Assembly (NCBI GenBank): GCA_964491475.1
Contig: CAZBFO010000002.1
Span: 80,501 to 144,500 of the forward strand
Direction: 5' to 3'
DNA length: 64,000 nucleotides
Origin: an uncultured Gammaproteobacteria bacterium
GTDB lineage: Bacteria; Patescibacteriota; Patescibacteriia; SG8-24
Position numbers and translations under genes: made by a program. Every line of letters begins with the position of its first letter. Position 1 is the stretch's first letter. Below are positions 59,001 through 64,000 of this stretch, in pieces. Below the pieces are notes generated by a model that saw only the letters and a list, made by a program, of their open reading frames with translations, ran no database searches and was not told the origin of the DNA.

Positions 59001-62000
59001 ACCGGCGACGACAGCGACCGTCCGGAATGCGACGCCTTTGCCGGCGTCTGTCGCGAAAGCGAGGTCGGCTGCGACGGGTATACTCCCACCAACGGCGACC
59101 CGCGCATTCCGGCAATCACCAGTCCGCAGGACTTCTGCCCGGCGGAGTGCGTCGGCTATGACGTGTTCAAACAAGCCGCCTCCGACTTCGATCAGGAGAA
59201 GTTCCCGGTCGCCTTCATCCCGTCGACTGCCAAGGAATGCAGCGAGGCCGAAGCGGGCTGCTCGGAGTTCACCAACATCGATACCGAAGCAGTTTCGTAC
59301 TATGCGCACCTGCGCATGTGCGTGAAGAGCGACGATCCGTCCGTGAAGGTGTACTACAGTTGGGAAGGTTCCGACACCACCGGTTACCAGCTGCACGTCT
59401 GGAACCTCAAGCAGACCACCGCTGCGGTGGATCAGGGGACTCCGGCCGAGTTGGCCGCGTTGCCCTCGCCGACGGCCGCGGACGTCTGTGCCGACGCTGC
59501 CTGCGCCAATGCCGGCGTGGCGCCCTGCACGAAGCTTGATGCCAACGCCCAGAACTGCGACAGCAAAGACACCGGCAATGCCGGCGGCAGCACCGTCGGC
59601 TACTGCTCGCGCGCCGACATCGATGCCGGCAACTTCGACTGCCGCGAGTTTTACGATGCCGACGGCAATCGCCACTACCGCCTTCTCTCCAAGACGATCA
59701 TCGCCTCGGCACAGTGCTTCCAATATCGCATCACCACCTCGACGCCGACCGACTGCGCCAACTCCAGCGGACGCTGGGATACCGATAAGGGGCAGTGCAT
59801 CTATAACGCAGACGTCGGCCAGAGCATTTCCTGCGCAGCCGAGCAGAACAATTGCCGGGCCTACAAGGGCAATGCGGCCACCAACGTGCATACCCTCTTG
59901 AGCGACGACTTTGAGGGTGGAGTCAAGAAATGGACGGATTCCACGGATGTCTCGGCGAACGGCTTGGCGCAGTCTCCCGAGTCGGTGACCGTCGGCGGGC
60001 ATTCCCTTAAGGTGCTGCTGGGAGGCGGAGTGAACCGCATAGCCGGTACGGAAGTGGGCGGCATGGTCGCCTCCGCGCGGAGCTACTCGCTGTCCTTCTG
60101 GGCACGCGGTACCGGTTCCGTCTCCGCCTCGCTCCGTGACGCCGTCGTAGATGCGATCTGCACCTTGCCGGCCAGCTGTGATGCCGCCGACGGTTGCGAG
60201 TGCACCACCGAGACAGGAATGAAATGCACGGTACAGAAGGGCAATGCCAACTGCACCATTGCCAAGGGCAGCAACCCCGCGCAGAAATTCGCTCCCGACG
60301 CGCTGCTCTCGTCCGAGTGGAAGCGGTTCACACTCGGTCCGATCATCGGGCCGTCGACTGCGGGTTGGGGGACCACTCCCACCAAGTTCGAACTGTCGGT
60401 GAACGGCATTTGCAGCAACAAGCCTAAAGCCTGCACCACCGCGACTGCCGCCGCGGATTGCGGTGCCGGCACTTGCCTGCAGTCGGACGTTTTCGTCGAC
60501 AATGTCCAGGTCAAGGAGGTGCAAGACAACATTTACGTCGTGCGCGATTCATGGAAGACTCCCGTTTCATGCGACAGCACCGCAGTCGGCTCGCCTTCGC
60601 CGCAGGAAATGCTCGGTTGCAAGGAGTACGCCACCAGCAAGGGCGACAAGGTGGATTTGCGCTCATTCAGCCGCCTGTGCCGTGAAAAGGCCATCGGTTG
60701 CTCGGCATACTCCGACACGCGCAACACTCCCGACAATCCCTACGCCGAATCGTTCAACGCGGTTTGCGAGCTGAAGCGCGATGACGGGACGACGCCACGC
60801 AGGTGCGGCTATGTCCGCTGCACCGGCCCGGCCGGCAACTGCAACACGTCGTTCGACGGAAAGGCTTACGGCTGCACCATCACTGCCGGCTCCGCGTTCT
60901 GCGACGCGCCGATGGCTCCGGATGCTGGCGCTTCCTGCGTCTGCAACTACAACATCCATCACCCGGCCGCTTCCGCGACCGCACCCGTCTTCCTTCCCGA
61001 AGTCTGTCGCGTTGCCGTGGGCGAGAGCCAGTGCCGCTTTAAGCTGGACCATTTCGACACTTCCACGCGCGAGGACCAGAACCCCGACCGCGTGAACGTC
61101 GAAACGGACCGCCGCGTGTACCTGGTGGCCAGAAACGCCGCGATGTGCGCGGCGAACCAAATCGGCTGCACCTCGCTCGGTCAGGCCAAGCTGACGTATG
61201 AGGCGGTGTGCCAGTACAAGAACGCGCCCACCAACAACAAGTGCGGCCTGAAAGCCTGCGCCAAGAGCGGCAAGGCTTGCACGGCCAACGGAGACTGCGC
61301 CGCCAACGACGTCTGCGCTCCGACGACCTGCTCCTGCTCGATCGGCAACGCGACTTGCCGAGTGAACTTCGGAGAGGGGAGCTGCACCTTGGCCTACGAG
61401 CGCCCGCTCGTCGGCAAGTGGGGCGCCTCCGTCGTCAAGGACCTTCCGGCGCAATACGGCGACATCCTCTGCAAGCAGGAAGCCGACGGCTGCGACGCGT
61501 ACTCGTCTAGCGACGGCATCCAGTACTTCAAGGACCCGGCCGACCACGTCTGCATGTATAAGGAGGGCGTCGCCTATCAGAACCAGACCGTCAACGGCTG
61601 GTTCCGCAAGAGCGATTCGGGCCAGAACTTTCCGTGCTATCCGGAGCTCCGCAAGAACGGCGACACCTTCGAGATCTACAAGAATGCCGACTCGGTCTGC
61701 CAGAGCACTACCTGCAGCAATCCGGACGGCTGCGACTGCTACCTGCCCGGCGTGGCGGCGCCCGCCTGCCGCATCCCGTCCGGCGGAACCATCTGCGGAT
61801 ACCAGGGCTGGGTAGGGCAGTGCGAGTCGCAGTACGACCGCTGCCAGGAGTTTGCCGACCCGAGCGTCACCTCGAACGTGAACCCGACCGGTTACCCCTA
61901 TTACTACATAAAGAACGGGCGATTGGACCTGCAGTCCTGCGCCGGCAGCGTCAGCCTCAAGCAGGGCTGCGTGGCCTTCAAGCAGACCAGCGATCCGTCC

Positions 62001-64000
62001 AACCTGTACTCCGCGGCCACCAGCTACTATAAGAGCAAGCGTGATGCGCAGAACGGCAAGGTCAGCCCGGTAAACTGCGACCTGGCGCAGCACGATCCGG
62101 CTTGCGACTATCGTTGCATGTCCGTGCCGGCCGGCCACTGCTCTGTCACTCAAAAGTACGACTGTCGTGCCGATTCCGACTGTCAGCGCTGCAGCAATAA
62201 CGAAGCCATCACTTGTACCAGCAACGGCGACTGCGGCGGCGGCACTTGCAGTGCGCCAGGCCAGACCTGCGTCGGCGTCAAAAAGTACACCAGCGCCTGT
62301 CAGATCAACACCGACTGCAACGCCGCGCTCGGCGAGACTTGCGTCCAGATCGGCACGGTGGCGAATCCGGTGAGCCCCGGCAACGATGCCAACGTCATCA
62401 TTCACGTTTCTCCGGACCGCGAATGCTCGGAGTGGCTTGCCTGCACGACATACAGCACCGCTTGGGACGCCTCCAAGGGGCAATACCGCAAGATTTGCTC
62501 CGGCTTCGGCCCGTGCACCGAGAACAAGAAACTCGGACAGGTCTTCGACTGCGTTTCGCCGCAGACCGCGCCGAAGACGGTCCTGACCGCCACGGAGTAC
62601 TCGAAACGCGACGTGTCTTGGGGCGGATACGAGTACTCGGGCTACACCATTCCGGGACGCTTCTCGCCGACTTTCTTGATGCCGCTAAGCATCGTGAAGG
62701 GCGTCTGCATGAAGCCGGGATCGCCGCCGACGCCGGTGCCGAACACGACCTGCGTCAACACCAGCGACTGCGGTGCTGGCAATTACTGCAAGCAGCTTTC
62801 GGGCGTCTGCCAAAACAGCACCAACGACTGGACGTCCTGCACCGGCGATTCCGAATGCGGAGGCAAGGCAGCGTACTGCAGCTACAACTTCCTCAACACG
62901 CACCGTTACGCGACGGTGCTTGACCAGGACCGTTCTTGCAAGGGCGATGCCGACTGTTCGGGCAACGCGACCGGTTACAGGGACGAATTCGGCAATCCCA
63001 TGGATGGCGCCTGCATCGACAAGCACTGCGCTTACAATCCGGGCGGCGGCAAGTTTAACGCCGCCGACCTGAACTGGGCTCCTCGCTGCCGCGCTTATCC
63101 GGAAGCCGATTCGCCGTATGGGCCGTCCGTCTTGGACAGCGCCAGCGCCGGTAACGAAGGCGGCTACGACCGTTTCGGCCAGGCCAAGGTCAAGAAGGGC
63201 GCTTTCTCCGGAGCCAACGTCTGCGGCAATGGTAACGACTGCGCTTGCAGCTACAGCAAGTGGGTGTACGGCAAGGGTTCCGACGGCGAACGCTTCCTGA
63301 CGTACTCGGCTTCGACCACGACCGGTCCGGTGACCTTCCTCGGTTCCGGCGGCGCGCACAAGATGACTACCGACATCACCGAAGGCATTTGCGTCGGCGG
63401 CGACCGCGAAGGGGAGTGGTGCGATCCGTCGCGACCGATTGTCACCCAGGAAATGAGCGAGAATATCAAGGCCGGCAACAACACTCTCTATGATCCTTGC
63501 GATCAGACGGGCGGCGGCAGGTGCCAGAAGTTGTCGCAGGTGAGCTACCAGCAGGGCTGGCAAGGCTTTTGCCTGGACCTCGACAAGTCGCTCAACGTCG
63601 GAGGCGACAAGGCCAAGTTCGACTGCAACCTTTGGATGCCGGTCGATCAGCTTGAAGGCGCTCCGGACAACAACAACCAGCACGAAGAGGCCGGCTTCAA
63701 CCCGCCGAACTCCGAGCTGCTGTACTGCAACACGGCGCAGGGCCTCGGTTACGGCGTCCCGTCCGATCATTCGGGCATCTACGACTTCCTGATCGTGAAT
63801 GAGGACTTGAACGGCATGGGCCACCTTATCTCGCAGATTGACCCCCCGAGTCCGACTGCCGGCATCATTACTGTTGCCACCGCCGCTTCGGTCGCCTACG
63901 TGGCAGGTCCCGTTGCCGGGTTCCTGGTCGGCATCATCGGTGGCCTCCTGTTCGGCCCCGACGAGCACCAGACGCGCACGATGGACATCAAGACATACAT
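56034..64000 (+). CDS. giant secreted cysteine-rich surface protein (over 2650 aa in the window, 3' end beyond the window) with two CBM4/9-like domains carrying inserted four-Cys modules; TM helix at about 63850-63950
   Basis: RBS GGGGAGGA then ATG 56034; signal peptide MASALLSVLLFAAVAGMLFASPRPAQAQG. Frame 0 stays open to the window end (no frame-0 ORF breaks in the track). The protein has about 200 Cys, with repeated modules DGCPCTAGGLSCKIVKGMTKCT / DGCECTTETGMKCTVQKGNANCT / GCSCSVTTASCTVVRGDSSCT / TCPCTASVTCTVKNGDKSCS. NGSFEQLEDG...W...YVDDVQLEEG and DDFEGG...W...FVDNVQVKEV match the CBM4/9 signatures. Confidence 0.8.
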   Translation, partial: MASALLSVLLFAAVAGMLFASPRPAQAQGIPVGDSILESDVIARNVKNTLSQTLVEAAVTSVVNGVNYFTTQIAYQAAVALTTSCNGQTVCWDSKSFKDGFSQAWRGAIGEAVGTLSQQSGLTAMGFNLCAPGKAISLLIQLGMLDELKPPPPKCDYTALTNNWDNFKDSLAPDQLLNSLKPTFQPGQAPLSASLRILDGMVAIKETAKRDAMMKKLMNASAGGGFDDIRDSTSGRVKAPASVTHDEFVRMRKMQQDNPQQYSASYAAGQIAYGAVTSVVINTVQTFAQTLVARMWNRLVKGLLSTEELIAAQPDLVLDPDTLLNPPGVTGLEPALISRSQSPKIRDAGLTDPLLNFTSCPTDGRAPDNCVMDQQFANAVRVAGLNSYTVREAIKQGLLHGDWPLISANDQPKNQDPFCYTYGYCESNLKKLRAARVISIGWEIAASQSPVDKPFSLKQVVDEFNNCNDQGAADDQHRFCKMIDPDWVLTVPLTQCRAMGYGEQLISSEVSTRSEICLDKQTCLKQDDAGNCIGGWGYCSKERNIWRFNGDSCPAQFNTCRVLTARTGGTRSYNLNTIDHGVCTADNVGCRSYSTSLNAISCSCGLNGCKDSNGVAVAGTCSDAKGCSCSVTTASCTVVRGDSSCTVADTGKVCRLLLACENATCPCTASVTCTVKNGDKSCSSVTGTEADSGDDWLLDPKRYFNQKAQTCDVSSAGCTALVRLATNQSLNLIRNGSFEQLEDGDNNGNDDHAKYWTPFATVPAASFGSIIADSSKSTTGSNAILVNGARAFGGGTNDCSGSLCTADDGCPCTAGGLSCKIVKGMTKCTLNQNIIQTDIRVRGNATYTLSFNVTPVGAGADAGATAKVSFTDFLGNPISLAAADAVSTITYAGQDPTTVPTGTCDVTGGNLEFTFSATKNSEVAAVRGSCTFVVLKGIAGATLQFLASGPGAYVDDVQLEEGGGTSYHDGYGDTGGIVDARMPPDYLGCTGDDSDRPECDAFAGVCRESEVGCDGYTPTNGDPRIPAITSPQDFCPAECVGYDVFKQAASDFDQEKFPVAFIPSTAKECSEAEAGCSEFTNIDTEAVSYYAHLRMCVKSDDPSVKVYYSWEGSDTTGYQLHVWNLKQTTAAVDQGTPAELAALPSPTAADVCADAACANAGVAPCTKLDANAQNCDSKDTGNAGGSTVGYCSRADIDAGNFDCREFYDADGNRHYRLLSKTIIASAQCFQYRITTSTPTDCANSSGRWDTDKGQCIYNADVGQSISCAAEQNNCRAYKGNAATNVHTLLSDDFEGGVKKWTDSTDVSANGLAQSPESVTVGGHSLKVLLGGGVNRIAGTEVGGMVASARSYSLSFWARGTGSVSASLRDAVVDAICTLPASCDAADGCECTTETGMKCTVQKGNANCTIAKGSNPAQKFAPDALLSSEWKRFTLGPIIGPSTAGWGTTPTKFELSVNGICSNKPKACTTATAAADCGAGTCLQSDVFVDNVQVKEVQDNIYVVRDSWKTPVSCDSTAVGSPSPQEMLGCKEYATSKGDKVDLRSFSRLCREKAIGCSAYSDTRNTPDNPYAESFNAVCELKRDDGTTPRRCGYVRCTGPAGNCNTSFDGKAYGCTITAGSAFCDAPMAPDAGASCVCNYNIHHPAASATAPVFLPEVCRVAVGESQCRFKLDHFDTSTREDQNPDRVNVETDRRVYLVARNAAMCAANQIGCTSLGQAKLTYEAVCQYKNAPTNNKCGLKACAKSGKACTANGDCAANDVCAPTTCSCSIGNATCRVNFGEGSCTLAYERPLVGKWGASVVKDLPAQYGDILCKQEADGCDAYSSSDGIQYFKDPADHVCMYKEGVAYQNQTVNGWFRKSDSGQNFPCYPELRKNGDTFEIYKNADSVCQSTTCSNPDGCDCYLPGVAAPACRIPSGGTICGYQGWVGQCESQYDRCQEFADPSVTSNVNPTGYPYYYIKNGRLDLQSCAGSVSLKQGCVAFKQTSDPSNLYSAATSYYKSKRDAQNGKVSPVNCDLAQHDPACDYRCMSVPAGHCSVTQKYDCRADSDCQRCSNNEAITCTSNGDCGGGTCSAPGQTCVGVKKYTSACQINTDCNAALGETCVQIGTVANPVSPGNDANVIIHVSPDRECSEWLACTTYSTAWDASKGQYRKICSGFGPCTENKKLGQVFDCVSPQTAPKTVLTATEYSKRDVSWGGYEYSGYTIPGRFSPTFLMPLSIVKGVCMKPGSPPTPVPNTTCVNTSDCGAGNYCKQLSGVCQNSTNDWTSCTGDSECGGKAAYCSYNFLNTHRYATVLDQDRSCKGDADCSGNATGYRDEFGNPMDGACIDKHCAYNPGGGKFNAADLNWAPRCRAYPEADSPYGPSVLDSASAGNEGGYDRFGQAKVKKGAFSGANVCGNGNDCACSYSKWVYGKGSDGERFLTYSASTTTGPVTFLGSGGAHKMTTDITEGICVGGDREGEWCDPSRPIVTQEMSENIKAGNNTLYDPCDQTGGGRCQKLSQVSYQQGWQGFCLDLDKSLNVGGDKAKFDCNLWMPVDQLEGAPDNNNQHEEAGFNPPNSELLYCNTAQGLGYGVPSDHSGIYDFLIVNEDLNGMGHLISQIDPPSPTAGIITVATAASVAYVAGPVAGFLVGIIGGLLFGPDEHQTRTMDIKTY

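Noticed and set aside
57936-63968. Several long minus-strand ORFs (862, 606 and 427 aa) inside the giant gene region
   Set aside because: All are antisense to the continuous plus-strand frame, which has a signal peptide, an RBS and coherent domain motifs. Their translations are low-complexity Gly/Ala/Arg strings.
56034-64000. Possible CRISPR-like or tandem DNA repeats in the Cys-rich gene
   Set aside because: The repetition is at the protein-motif level (a degenerate four-Cys module). There are no regularly spaced identical direct DNA repeats and no cas genes, so this is not a CRISPR array.

Overview
The window is a 64 kb high-GC (roughly mid-60s %) stretch of bacterial chromosome, densely coding on both strands. 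Because of the GC content the six-frame track is full of long antisense ORFs that are not genes. Housekeeping genes I can support are valS, tyrS, argS, nusA, a short-form yidC, groES/groEL, prfB (with its programmed +1 frameshift), rsmA/ksgA, tsaC (YrdC), purC, adenosine deaminase, an ODC-family PLP decarboxylase, a NitT/TauT-type ABC importer (ATPase plus permease), an HDAC-family deacetylase, and three tRNAs (Val-GAC on the minus strand, Leu-GAG and Val-TAC on the plus strand). There are no rRNA genes, CRISPR arrays, transposases, integrases or other mobile-element hallmarks. Phylum is not assignable from sequence alone. The short YidC, an OmpA-type peptidoglycan-binding domain on a membrane-anchored protein and an L,D-transpeptidase fusion suggest a Gram-positive-like envelope, but that is inference. 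The most striking feature is the 3' end. A co-directional run (epimerase, tsaC, MFS transporter, rsmA, a membrane protein with thrombospondin-type-3 Ca-binding repeats) leads into a giant gene of more than 2650 codons. It encodes a signal-peptide-bearing, extremely cysteine-rich protein with two CBM4/9-like beta-sandwich domains, each interrupted by a recurring four-cysteine module, and a transmembrane helix at the window edge. The ORF runs off the window. Other points of interest: an FG-GAP-repeat/L,D-transpeptidase fusion; an OmpA-domain protein sitting where the ABC importer's binding protein would be; a conserved 28-nt AT-rich palindromic motif upstream of two unrelated promoters; a translationally coupled three-gene set with an apparently leaderless first gene; a pair of coiled-coil membrane proteins; and tandem paralogous mini-lipoproteins.
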